Positions 1 to 8,543 of a DNA stretch of 64,000 bases are shown here, in pieces. The notes under the pieces were generated by a model. It ran no database searches and was not told the origin of the DNA. It saw only the letters and a list, made by a program, of their open reading frames with translations. The position numbers were made by a program, and so were the translations under genes. This DNA is from Verrucomicrobiota bacterium. Its GTDB lineage: Bacteria; Verrucomicrobiota; Verrucomicrobiia; Verrucomicrobiales; V1-33. Where the stretch lies: the NCBI GenBank assembly GCA_039795165.1, contig JBDKER010000009.1, positions 19,699-83,698 on the forward strand, read 5' to 3'. Each line of letters opens with the position of its first letter. Within the stretch, counting starts at the first letter, position 1.

Positions 1-1
1 A

Positions 2-319
2 GCAAAGAAGAAGGATGAAGGCGATTTCTACCGGACCGCGGCTTTCTCAAGCGCCGGCGAGATCAGCGGCACCGGCGAACCCGGTATCGATGGTGAAGTG
101 AAGGACGCGCTCGAACTCATGGAGCGCCTCGGTCGATCGGCCCGCGTCCGCCAATCGATCATCCGTCATGCCTTCCGTTTCTATCTCGGCCGCAATGAAA
201 CGCTGAGCGATGCTGCCACGCTGCGTGCTGCGGACCGTGCGTATGTGGACAGCGGCGGCAGCTTCAAGGCTGTCATCGTCTCCCTGCTTGCGTCCGATTC
301 CTTCCTTTACCGCAAGTGA
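2..319 (+). CDS. C-terminal end of a DUF1588/DUF1592-type PVC protein (5' end cut by the window edge)
   Basis: The frame is open from the window edge to TGA at 317-319. The tail (...RHAFRFYLGRNETLSD...SLLASDSFLYRK) resembles the conserved C-terminus of the DUF1585/1587/1588/1592/1595 multidomain family. That family is normally encoded directly upstream of a DUF1552 gene, as here. Confidence 0.55.
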   Translation, partial: AKKKDEGDFYRTAAFSSAGEISGTGEPGIDGEVKDALELMERLGRSARVRQSIIRHAFRFYLGRNETLSDAATLRAADRAYVDSGGSFKAVIVSLLASDSFLYRK

Positions 320-371
320 ACCTCCCTGCATTGGAACCAACGCCATACGGCAAACCCGCATCGACACGATC

Positions 372-1781
372 ATGAACCGAAGAGACTTTTTCCATCGTTC
401 GGCCCTTGCGACGGGCGGGCTGGTCCTTGCTCCGTGGCTGCATCAGGCCATGGGGTCGCCCCACGCGCAAAAGGCTCCGATGAGATTCATCTTCCTGCAC
501 AAGGGCAATGGATTGTTTCCCGATGTGATGGTGCCGCCTTCGCTTTCTGCCGAGGATGCCGCGAAGGAACGAGCCAAGGAAGCCTTCTCCGTTGATCTGC
601 GGAATCACGAACTGCCTGCGTGGATGGCACCGATTGCGGCACACAAGGAAAGCCTGACCATTCTCCAGGGATTGTCCGGGATGATGTGCACCACTGGACA
701 CCATACATGGCAGTCGTCGCTCGGTGTCTACCGGGCCAATGAACGCCCGAGTTCCATCAAGTGGGCGACCGTTGACTTCGAGCTGGCGCGACTCTTTCCG
801 TCGCCGTTCGAGCACATTGAACTAGCGTGTTTCCCGGATGGCGGGGGGAATTCGCGGGGCAACATCGAGGGAATCGATGTCGGTTTTTCGGCGCGTGGGC
901 AGGGTCAGCCGAATTATGCCTTTGGCTCGCCGAAGGTGGCCCTGCGGGAATTGTTCAAATCGGTGGCCGCCGACCGGAGCGACCAGAATCGCTATGCGCT
1001 CGAGCGGAAGCTGCTCGAATTCACGGCGGGGAACGAGACTGCGTTGGGGGCAGGGCTGCAGGGAAGCGAGCGCGGTAAGCTGAGCAGTTATGCTGAAGCC
1101 ATCAATGACATCCGCCGCCGCAACAGCGAGGTCGATGGCATGGCCGACGCGATCCGGAAGCATCTTCCTGTACTCGATCCGAAGTATCTCGCGGATAGCC
1201 TGACGACGACCGACCGCCAGCGTGGGCATACGGAGATTCTCCTGTCCACGCTCATTTCCGGCATGACGAATGTGGTTGCCTTCACGGTCGATGAACTGGG
1301 GACGCCGTATACGGGATTGCCTGGGCTGGAGGGGGCGGGACCCGTGAATCTGCACGATGTCGGCCATGGCAAGCCTGCAGGCAACGTGCCGGCGCTCGAT
1401 GTGCGGACGACCTTGCGGACACATCACATGACATTGATCGACACGATCATTGCGCGGCTCAAGTCGGTTCCCGAGGCGGATGGCAACATGTTCGACAATA
1501 CCATGATTTTCTATTTTCCGGACAATGGCGAGACGCATCACAGTCACGGGATCGAATGGCCTTTCATGGTTTTCTCGGGCCGCCATGCCAAGCTTGATAT
1601 CGCAGGCCGCTACATCCGTCTGCCAAGGCACGGTGTTCCGGGTCACCGCACGCTCGGCAATTGGTACACTACCATTTTGAATGCCTACGGGAATCCCATC
1701 AGGCATTTCGGGGATCTCGACATGGCACTCGAGAGTCAGAAGATTCCCCAGATTGGAGCGATCCCGGAATTCCTGTCATGA
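372..1781 (+). CDS. DUF1552 domain-containing protein with a TAT-type signal
   Basis: ATG at 372 gives MNRRDFFHRSALATGGLVLAPWL, a twin-arginine-like signal. It sits downstream of the DUF1588-type gene, and ETHHSHG lies near the C-terminus. The track ORF 210-1781 has a non-homologous N-terminal extension overlapping the previous gene. Confidence 0.7.
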   Translation: MNRRDFFHRSALATGGLVLAPWLHQAMGSPHAQKAPMRFIFLHKGNGLFPDVMVPPSLSAEDAAKERAKEAFSVDLRNHELPAWMAPIAAHKESLTILQGLSGMMCTTGHHTWQSSLGVYRANERPSSIKWATVDFELARLFPSPFEHIELACFPDGGGNSRGNIEGIDVGFSARGQGQPNYAFGSPKVALRELFKSVAADRSDQNRYALERKLLEFTAGNETALGAGLQGSERGKLSSYAEAINDIRRRNSEVDGMADAIRKHLPVLDPKYLADSLTTTDRQRGHTEILLSTLISGMTNVVAFTVDELGTPYTGLPGLEGAGPVNLHDVGHGKPAGNVPALDVRTTLRTHHMTLIDTIIARLKSVPEADGNMFDNTMIFYFPDNGETHHSHGIEWPFMVFSGRHAKLDIAGRYIRLPRHGVPGHRTLGNWYTTILNAYGNPIRHFGDLDMALESQKIPQIGAIPEFLS

Positions 1782-1815
1782 CGCGCCGGTTGGGAACACT
1801 GCTTTGCGCTCAGCC

Positions 1816-3225
1816 ATGAGAATGCCTTCGATCATCTTGATGCTTGGGGCGGCACTGCTGGTGCTGTGTCCGGGTCGTGCTGCTGCGGCGCGCCGACCGA
1901 ATTTTGTCTTTGTGATTGCCGATGACCACCGATGGGATGCTGTCGGGGCGGTGCAGCGGGAACAGGGCGGGCAGGCGCGTTATCCATGGTTCGAAACGCC
2001 CGCCATGGACCGGCTCGCCACGGAAGGCGTCCGCTTCCGCAATGCCTTCATCACGCATTCGATCTGCTCGCCCGGCCGCGCGGGTTTCCTCACCGGGAAG
2101 TACTCGCATGCAGCCGGCATCATGGGCAACAGCCGGCCATTTCCGCCGGAGTCGGTGACGCATGCGACGCTGCTGCGCGGCCATGGATACCGCACGGCCT
2201 ACTTTGGAAAGTGGCACATGGGGAATCAGAAGGGTCAGCGCCCGGGCTTCAGTCACTCCGTCAGTTTCATCAATCAGGGAGCCTATCAGGATTGCCCATT
2301 CGAGATCAACGGAGTCAGTCAGCCGACCAAAGGATGGGTCGACGATGTGACGACGGACTTTGCGATCGACTGGCTCCGGAAGAATCATGCGGAACCATTT
2401 TCCGTGGTGGTTGGGTTCAAGAGTCCGCATAACCGGCGGGGCGGGGACAGTCTGCCTGCGAGGCTGCGTTCGCTCTATGAAGGAAAGACGACGCGGCGCA
2501 CGCCGAACTGCGAACTTGCCGCCGTCTACCATGCGCCCCTCACGGAGGCGGACAAAGGCCGGGAACGCGGGCTCTCGGCCAATGCCGTGCATCTCGATTA
2601 CCTTCGGCACATCAAAGGAATCGACGAGAATCTGGGGCGTCTGCTTGATGTGCTCGACGAACTGAAGATCGCGGAGGATACGGTGGTCGTCTACACGAGC
2701 GACAATGGCTACTTTCTGGGTGAACGTGGGCTCGGCGATAAGCGGGCACTCTACGAAGAAGGCATCCGCATTCCCTTTCTGGTGCGCTACCCAAGGCAGT
2801 TTCCCAAAGGAAGAACCGTCGACGAACTGGTCATCAATCAGGACCTTGCGCCCACCTACCTCGACCTCGCCGGTCTTCCGGCCCGGCCGGACATGCACGG
2901 TGCCAGCTTCAAGGCGCTCGCGCTCGGCGAGAAACCAACGGGCTGGCGCACTTCGTTCCTCGCCTATTACCACAAGGAACTCGGCGACACTCCAACCTGC
3001 CACGGAATCCGCACCTCGACACATAAGCTCGTGCGCTATCCGAATGTTCCGGAATGGACCGAAGTTTTCGATCTGACTAACGATCCCTACGAAACGAAGA
3101 ATCTGGCGTCCGACGCCGCCCTCACGGCGCGCCTTTCCGCGGAACTCGATGGTCTCATGAAATCGGTCGACTACACCGCGCCTCCGAGAGCCAATCTGCC
3201 AGCCAAGGGCGGCTCCTCGGATTAG
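1816..3225 (+). CDS. type I sulfatase (formylglycine-dependent)
   Basis: Signal peptide MRMPSIILMLGAALLVLCPGRAAA. Metal-binding motif FVFVIADDHRWD, C-S-P-G-R formylglycine motif (ICSPGRAGFLTGKY) and FGKWHMG motif. Confidence 0.9.
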   Translation: MRMPSIILMLGAALLVLCPGRAAAARRPNFVFVIADDHRWDAVGAVQREQGGQARYPWFETPAMDRLATEGVRFRNAFITHSICSPGRAGFLTGKYSHAAGIMGNSRPFPPESVTHATLLRGHGYRTAYFGKWHMGNQKGQRPGFSHSVSFINQGAYQDCPFEINGVSQPTKGWVDDVTTDFAIDWLRKNHAEPFSVVVGFKSPHNRRGGDSLPARLRSLYEGKTTRRTPNCELAAVYHAPLTEADKGRERGLSANAVHLDYLRHIKGIDENLGRLLDVLDELKIAEDTVVVYTSDNGYFLGERGLGDKRALYEEGIRIPFLVRYPRQFPKGRTVDELVINQDLAPTYLDLAGLPARPDMHGASFKALALGEKPTGWRTSFLAYYHKELGDTPTCHGIRTSTHKLVRYPNVPEWTEVFDLTNDPYETKNLASDAALTARLSAELDGLMKSVDYTAPPRANLPAKGGSSD

Positions 3226-3588
3226 GAAGGCGCGCAGCGGCTCTGCCCCGCAGATGCCCTCGTGATCATTGCTCCCATCCTCGCTCGCGAGGAAACCGTA
3301 CGGGCCCGGCAGGCCATCCCACCGCCTGCCGTCAACGACAGGTTCTACGAATCCAAATTCGCAGCCGCACGGGAGGCGATCGCCGCGCGGATGAGGGCGC
3401 TGAAAGTCTCACCGTAGGATGCTGCCGGCGGGCTGACCCGACGGGCGAGGGGAGGCGCGCACGGCTTGCATGCCTCTGGAGGCTGATGAAATCCTGGGTG
3501 TTGTTTGTCACTTCTCCCGGCCCGGGATGGAAGTCGTGGGCACACTGTTCCGGATTGTCTTCGCCGATGCCCGTGGCATTCTTTCACC

Positions 3589-3807
3589 ATGATCGTCGAG
3601 ACAATCCCAGCCCTTGGCCAGTTGAGCCTGGAAGAAAAGTGGATCCTTGCCAACGAATTGATGGCCGAGGTCGAAGACCGACAGGAGGCTCTCCCTGGTA
3701 ATCCCGAAATCCAGGCGATCGTGGAACGGCGTTTTGCCGAATTTGAGCGCGACCCGAGCACGGCAATGACGCTTGAGACCTTTAAGTTGCGCTTCTCGCT
3801 GCCGTGA
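3589..3807 (+). CDS. putative addiction-module antitoxin (small acidic component)
   Basis: 72-aa protein MIVETIPALGQLSLEEKWILANELMAEV...PEIQAIVERRFAEFERDP. This LSxxEKxxLaxxL ... RR pattern is typical of the small addiction-module component encoded upstream of ParE/RelE toxins. Its stop overlaps the next start (GTGA). Confidence 0.65.
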   Translation: MIVETIPALGQLSLEEKWILANELMAEVEDRQEALPGNPEIQAIVERRFAEFERDPSTAMTLETFKLRFSLP

Positions 3808-4163
3808 AAACGCATGAGATCGTCCTGCTGCAGGGCGCTCAAAGCGACCTTCTCAGCATTTACCAGACGCTTGGTGAACGTGCATATGCGAGAGTGGACA
3901 AAGCGCTCGGAATTCTGCGCGTCTTTCCGACCGCAGGTCCTGCTCACTTCGGTAACCACATCCGGAGGTTAGTTGTTTCCAAAATACCCCTTGGGGTTTT
4001 CTACGCGCTCGCTGGCCGTTGTGTGCTCGTGGCTGCCATCCTTGATCTCCGTAAATCTCCCGAATCGATTCAGAAACGCCTGACATCCCAGTGGAAGGAG
4101 CAGGCTTCCCGCCAGCAGTTCCCATGGGCACACTCTGAATTGGGTAACGGCAATGGGATTTGA
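3804..4163 (+). CDS. ParE/RelE-family type II toxin (plasmid-stabilisation type)
   Basis: The GTG start overlaps the antitoxin stop by 4 nt. The 119-aa product has ...HIRRLVVSKIPLGVFYALAGRCVLVAAILDLRKSPESI, typical of ParE/RelE toxins. Local GC looks lower than the surroundings. Confidence 0.65.
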   Translation: MKTHEIVLLQGAQSDLLSIYQTLGERAYARVDKALGILRVFPTAGPAHFGNHIRRLVVSKIPLGVFYALAGRCVLVAAILDLRKSPESIQKRLTSQWKEQASRQQFPWAHSELGNGNGI

Positions 4164-4273
4164 CTTTATATCATGTTCCCGGACGGGCCGAACAAGTCAT
4201 CCCTCCTTGATCCGGCACTAGCCCGCAGATGAGTTAGACCGCTTCGCTGTCCGGGGTTGAGGCGGGCTGGCTA

Positions 4274-5398
4274 ATGTCTGAACTTGTGCGGATGAAATAC
4301 TTTCTGATGATGCTGATGGCGGGTCGGATGGCGTTGGCTGCGGCGGAGCAGCTGGCATTGCCGACGGGGCATGAGACGCGGAAGATCGATGGCTGGACGG
4401 TGAGGGTAGACGATCGTCTGCTGAAGGGGGATTATGCGGAGGACGGGGCGCGGGCGCTGCGGTTGCTGGAGTCGAGGTTGGTGGCGATATCCTTTGTGGT
4501 GCCGCCGGCTGCTCTGGCGAAGCTGCGTGGGGTCATTGTGCAGCTTGATGCGGTTCATGGGGATCTGGTGCCGATGCAGTATCATCCGGATGCGGGGTGG
4601 CTCAGGGAGCATGGCTTCAGCGAAAGCCTCGCCAAGTGCGTGCACATTCCGGCCGTGGCCGACTTTCTGGAAGCCCGGGGCGTGCACGGTCAGCCATGGG
4701 TGGTCCTCCATGAACTCGCTCACGCCTATCACGATCAGGTGCTTGGATTCGATGACGAACGCGTCGCGGCAGCATGGCGGAAGTTCCGCGACAGCGGGAA
4801 GTACAAAAATGTTCTCACTGTGAGCGGCGACCGGCACGAGCATTATGCGCTGACTGACGAGAAGGAATTCTTCGCGGAAATGACGGAGGCGTATTTTGGT
4901 TCCAACGATTTCTTTCCATTTGTGGCTGGGGAACTGAAGGAAGCCGAGCCGGATGTTTTCGGTCTGCTGGGGGAATTGTGGGGTTCTGCGGCGGGAGGGG
5001 CGGCGGCCACGGCTCCGGAGACACCGCAGAAGGAAGACCTTGCCTTCTTCGAGAAGAAATACGGCACCACCATTGATGGGGTGAAGCACATGGAGGAATA
5101 CGACGACCCGGATCAGTTCTATGCGGCGATTGGGGAAGCGCTGGGCATTCCGGAGACCGCGCGCGCGGCGGCGGCTGCAAAATTCGGCTGGAAGGAAGGC
5201 GATGGCCGAGAGGTTAGGTTGATGGTCAAAGGTGGTCCTGTGGCTGGTCAGCGGGAAGGGTGCTGGGATGTCATGATTTTCCGGTGGTCCCGCGATCCCA
5301 AGACTGGCCAGCCTGACCGGGCGAGCATGGAGCAGCGCCTTGTGCAGATTTCCTACGACGGGCGGATCCGCTTTCCCGAGGTTGGCGGGAAGAAGTGA
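4274..5398 (+). CDS. secreted HExxH zinc metallopeptidase (MtfA/M90-like third-ligand motif) with an uncharacterised C-terminal domain
   Basis: N-terminal hydrophobic signal (alternative start MKYFLMMLMAG at 4292). VVLHELAHAYHD carries the HExxH motif, followed by EKEFFAEMTEAYFGSNDFFPF, which resembles the EFFA..SE.FF motif of M90/MtfA-type zincins. The last ~135 aa match nothing I recognise. Confidence 0.6.
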   Translation: MSELVRMKYFLMMLMAGRMALAAAEQLALPTGHETRKIDGWTVRVDDRLLKGDYAEDGARALRLLESRLVAISFVVPPAALAKLRGVIVQLDAVHGDLVPMQYHPDAGWLREHGFSESLAKCVHIPAVADFLEARGVHGQPWVVLHELAHAYHDQVLGFDDERVAAAWRKFRDSGKYKNVLTVSGDRHEHYALTDEKEFFAEMTEAYFGSNDFFPFVAGELKEAEPDVFGLLGELWGSAAGGAAATAPETPQKEDLAFFEKKYGTTIDGVKHMEEYDDPDQFYAAIGEALGIPETARAAAAAKFGWKEGDGREVRLMVKGGPVAGQREGCWDVMIFRWSRDPKTGQPDRASMEQRLVQISYDGRIRFPEVGGKK

Positions 5399-5518
5399 TC
5401 TGCGGCGACGTATCGCGGTTGGCTGAGGTGATTGAGATCGACTCGGCCGTCCGCCCGGCGACCCAGCGGGTGAACCGCAGCCATTTGTTTTTCCAACCCT
5501 GACCATCCGACTGAACCC

Positions 5519-8353
5519 ATGAAGAAGTTCCCATTGAATCGTGCCCTCCTTGCTGTCGTGGCAGCCTGTCTGTTTCCGGCGGGAGTCGTGTCTGCCAAGA
5601 AGAACCGGACGGATGTCACTGACAAGGTGGTGGCGGCGGTGAAGGACGAGAGTCTGTTCATGGAGGCCAGCAACGAGATTTTCGGCGACACGGTTCCCGG
5701 GGTTCCCAAGAAGCTGACGGTCGAGTATCAGGCGGGCGATGAGAAGCTGAGCAGCGAGGCTCCGGAGGGCCAGCAGCTGAGGATTTCGGCTCCGGCGGGC
5801 AAAAAGCTGATCATTCTGAAGGCGGTCTATGGTCCGGCGGATGGTTCGGCGCCAGCGAACACGGCGGCCCTTAGCGAGAATCCTGGTGAAGTGCTCGATA
5901 CGGTTCCGGGTTTCAAGGTGGAGCATCTGCTGGAGGCTGATGGCGAGACCAATGGTTCGTGGATCTGCATGACGGTTGATCCGCAGGGTCGGCTTCTCCT
6001 TGGCGGGCAGAGCCAGCAACCGATCACACGAGTGACGCTGCGTGATGGCAAGGTGGTGCAGAGCGAGGTCCTTGCGATTCCCGTGACCGAGGTCATGGGC
6101 ATGCTGTTTGTGGGTGATGTGCTCTATCTGAACGGGAGTGGCAGCCGTGGTTATGGGCTGTACCGCTGCAAGGATGCGAAGGGTGACGGCAGTTATGCCG
6201 AAGTGGAATTTCTGCGTGAGTGGCAGGGTGGTTCCGGGGAACACGGGGCGCACGGACTCGTGCTCGGGCCAGACAAGATGATCTACGCGGTCTGCGGGAA
6301 CTTCACGGCTGTGCCCAAGGACCTTGCTCCCAGCTCACCGCATCGCAATTACGGCGACGATGTCGCGCTCAAGCGGATGGAGGACGGCAATGGTTTCGGA
6401 GCCGGTGCGAAGCCACCGGGTGGCTACGTGGTCCGCATGGACCTTGATGGCAGGAATGCGGAACTCTATTCGTCGGGTCAGCGCAACAACTACGACATTG
6501 CCTTCAATGCCGATGGCCAGCTCTTTGGATTCGACAGCGACATGGAATGGGACTGGGGCACTCCGTGGTACCGTCCGGTGCGTGCCTTCCACATGGTGCG
6601 CGGAGGCGATCATGGCTACCGCGAGGGCAGCATCAAATGGCCGGAGTATTATGCGGACAGCCTGCCTGCCACGGTCAATATCGGGATCGGTTGTCCCACC
6701 GGGGTTGTTTTTGGAACCGGCGCGAAATTCCCCGTCCGCTACCAGAAGGCTTTCTACATCTGCGATTGGACGTATGGACGGCTCATCGCCGTGCACCTCA
6801 AGCCAGATGGCTCGAGCTACGGTGGATCATGGGAAAACTTCGTTGCGCCGAAGTCGCTCAAGGCGCGGGGCGGCAAAGTTCCCCTCAATCTCACGGACTG
6901 TGTGATCGGGTCGGATGGATCCATGTATTTCACGGTGGGTGGCCGCGGTACTCAGGCACATCTTTTCCGGGTTGTCTATGAAGGCAGCGAAGCGGCGGCT
7001 GCCCTCGCGGCCGGTGATCTTCATGACAAGGATGGCAGCGACGTCCGGCAGCTGCGGGAGCGGCTCGAAGCTATGAATGTGGCTCCCGATTCCGCCACGG
7101 TGGAGGCTGCATGGCCGCACCTTGGGCATGCCGACCGCTTCATCCGCTACGCGGCCCGGCTTGCCATCGAACGCAATCCAGTGTCGTCGTGGCAGCAGAA
7201 GGCACTCGATGAAAAGCAGCCTGATGCCGCCTTCACGGCCCTGCTGGCGTTGGCGCGGCTGGGAGCATCGGACAGCCAGACGGCTATTGTCAAAGCGCTG
7301 GCCGCCTTCCCGAATGATGGGCTCAGTGAGTCGCAATTGCTCGGCAAGCTGCGGGTCGTGGCGGTATCGATTGCGCGGCAGGGCGTTCCTTCCGGCGATG
7401 CTGCGAGGCAATTGCTTGCGGACATCAATCCGCTGTACCCGGGGGAATCGGAGACGGTGAACCGCGAGTTGGGACCGATTCTGCTGGCCCTTGAGGCACC
7501 GGATGCGGTGGCCCGCACGGTTTCGCTCCTCCGCCTTGCGACCACCCAGGAAGAACAGATGAATTACGTGGTGGCCCTCCGGAACATCAAGTCGGGCTGG
7601 ACCGAGAATCTGCGCCGTGATTACCTTTCATGGTGGAATGGCGCACGGGCCAATCAGCATCCGCTGCACGTGATGCAGTGGTTCACGGACGCCGGGGTCA
7701 ATTTCAATAACGGTGCCAGCTTCGATGGCTTTGTGCGAAATGCCCTTGAGGAGGTCAAGGCGAGCATGTCGTCGGACGAACTCGCAGCCATGGGCGACCT
7801 CACCAAGGTGAAGTCGAATCTGGCGGTTCCCACGGAAGCCCGGGCCATGGTGAAGGAATGGACCACGGCTGATCTCGCGGCCTCCCTTGGCAAGGCCAGC
7901 AAGGGCCGCGACTTCGCCCGTGGCAAATCCATGTACGCGGCAGCCCAATGCATTCTCTGCCACCGCCACGGCGATCAGGGCGGTGCGGCCGGGCCCGACC
8001 TCACCAATGTGGCCACCCGCTTCCAGCGCCGCGACCTTCTCGAGTCCATCACGGAACCATCGAAGGTGCTCTCGGAACAATACCGCATGACCATCTTCAA
8101 TATGAAAGACGGCAGCGCCGTAGCCGGCCGCATCAGTCAGGAAAACGACAGCACGGCCGTCGTCATGACCAATCCCTTCGATCCCTCCGTGACCAGCACG
8201 GTGGCCATCGCCGATGTCAAATCGCGCGAATTCTCGAAGGCTTCCCTCATGCCCCCGGGCCTCCTCAATACCCTCAGCGAAGACGAGATCCTCGACCTCG
8301 TCGCCTACCTTGAATCCGCCGGCGACCCGAGCCACCCGAACTTCAGCAAGTGA
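5519..8353 (+). CDS. PVC-type heme-binding CxxCH protein (membrane-bound dehydrogenase-like beta-propeller, HEAT repeats, C-terminal cytochrome c domain)
   Basis: Signal peptide MKKFPLNRALLAVVAACLFPAGVVSA. A central sorbosone-dehydrogenase-like region and a HEAT-like helical region follow. The CILCH heme motif is at 7949-7963, followed by ...TNVATRF...SLMPPGLLNTLSEDEILDLVAYLES. Confidence 0.8.
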   Translation: MKKFPLNRALLAVVAACLFPAGVVSAKKNRTDVTDKVVAAVKDESLFMEASNEIFGDTVPGVPKKLTVEYQAGDEKLSSEAPEGQQLRISAPAGKKLIILKAVYGPADGSAPANTAALSENPGEVLDTVPGFKVEHLLEADGETNGSWICMTVDPQGRLLLGGQSQQPITRVTLRDGKVVQSEVLAIPVTEVMGMLFVGDVLYLNGSGSRGYGLYRCKDAKGDGSYAEVEFLREWQGGSGEHGAHGLVLGPDKMIYAVCGNFTAVPKDLAPSSPHRNYGDDVALKRMEDGNGFGAGAKPPGGYVVRMDLDGRNAELYSSGQRNNYDIAFNADGQLFGFDSDMEWDWGTPWYRPVRAFHMVRGGDHGYREGSIKWPEYYADSLPATVNIGIGCPTGVVFGTGAKFPVRYQKAFYICDWTYGRLIAVHLKPDGSSYGGSWENFVAPKSLKARGGKVPLNLTDCVIGSDGSMYFTVGGRGTQAHLFRVVYEGSEAAAALAAGDLHDKDGSDVRQLRERLEAMNVAPDSATVEAAWPHLGHADRFIRYAARLAIERNPVSSWQQKALDEKQPDAAFTALLALARLGASDSQTAIVKALAAFPNDGLSESQLLGKLRVVAVSIARQGVPSGDAARQLLADINPLYPGESETVNRELGPILLALEAPDAVARTVSLLRLATTQEEQMNYVVALRNIKSGWTENLRRDYLSWWNGARANQHPLHVMQWFTDAGVNFNNGASFDGFVRNALEEVKASMSSDELAAMGDLTKVKSNLAVPTEARAMVKEWTTADLAASLGKASKGRDFARGKSMYAAAQCILCHRHGDQGGAAGPDLTNVATRFQRRDLLESITEPSKVLSEQYRMTIFNMKDGSAVAGRISQENDSTAVVMTNPFDPSVTSTVAIADVKSREFSKASLMPPGLLNTLSEDEILDLVAYLESAGDPSHPNFSK

Positions 8354-8361
8354 TTCTCTGG

Positions 8362-8389
8362 GGCCCCCTCGGCTTGGCCCGAGGGGGCC
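8362..8389 (+). terminator. GC-rich hairpin 9 nt after the stop codon (terminator-like, no U tract)
   Basis: GGCCCCCTCGG (8362-8372), loop CTTGGC, CCGAGGGGGCC (8379-8389): a perfect 11-bp stem. Only two T follow, so it is not a canonical intrinsic terminator. Confidence 0.35.
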
Positions 8390-8391
8390 TT

Positions 8392-8517
8392 GGAAAGGGA
8401 CCAAAGGGACCAAAGGGACCAAAGGGACGGAAGGGACCAAAGGGACGGAAGGGACCAAAGGGACGGAAGGGACCAAAGGGACCAAAGGGACGGAAGGGAC
8501 CAAAGGGACGAAAGGGG
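8392..8517. repeat. 14 tandem copies of a 9-bp unit (CCAAAGGGA x8, CGGAAGGGA x4, plus two degenerate end units)
   Basis: Counted unit by unit from the sequence. Order: x A A A B A B A B A A B A y. It lies between the stop codons of convergent genes (8353 and 8544). Confidence 0.95.
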
Positions 8518-8543
8518 GGCGGAATCCGGGTTTTCTGTTGGTT

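Noticed and set aside
3226-3417. Frame stays open for 63 codons after the sulfatase TAG stop (possible read-through, or a 51-aa GTG-initiated small ORF VIIAPILAREETVRARQ...)
   Set aside because: The sulfatase looks complete at its stop. The downstream peptide has no recognisable feature, and open frames of this length are common by chance at this GC content.
4271-6253. 660-aa minus-strand ORF spanning the metallopeptidase gene, the spacer and the start of the heme-protein gene
   Set aside because: It is antisense to two well-supported plus-strand genes. Its composition is R/H/P/Q-rich and low-complexity, typical of stop-free shadow frames in high-GC DNA. I see no recognisable motifs.
8351-8389. 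UGA followed 9 nt later by a strong hairpin, with the frame open for ~75 more codons (RDQ/RDG repeat): possible SECIS or read-through
   Set aside because: The heme protein already ends where family members end. A Sec followed by a low-complexity RDQ tail makes no biochemical sense. I could not match the hairpin loop to the bacterial SECIS consensus. A terminator-like or structural role is more likely.
8392-8517. Possible CRISPR array
   Set aside because: The units are 9 bp and directly abutting, with no spacers. No cas genes are nearby.
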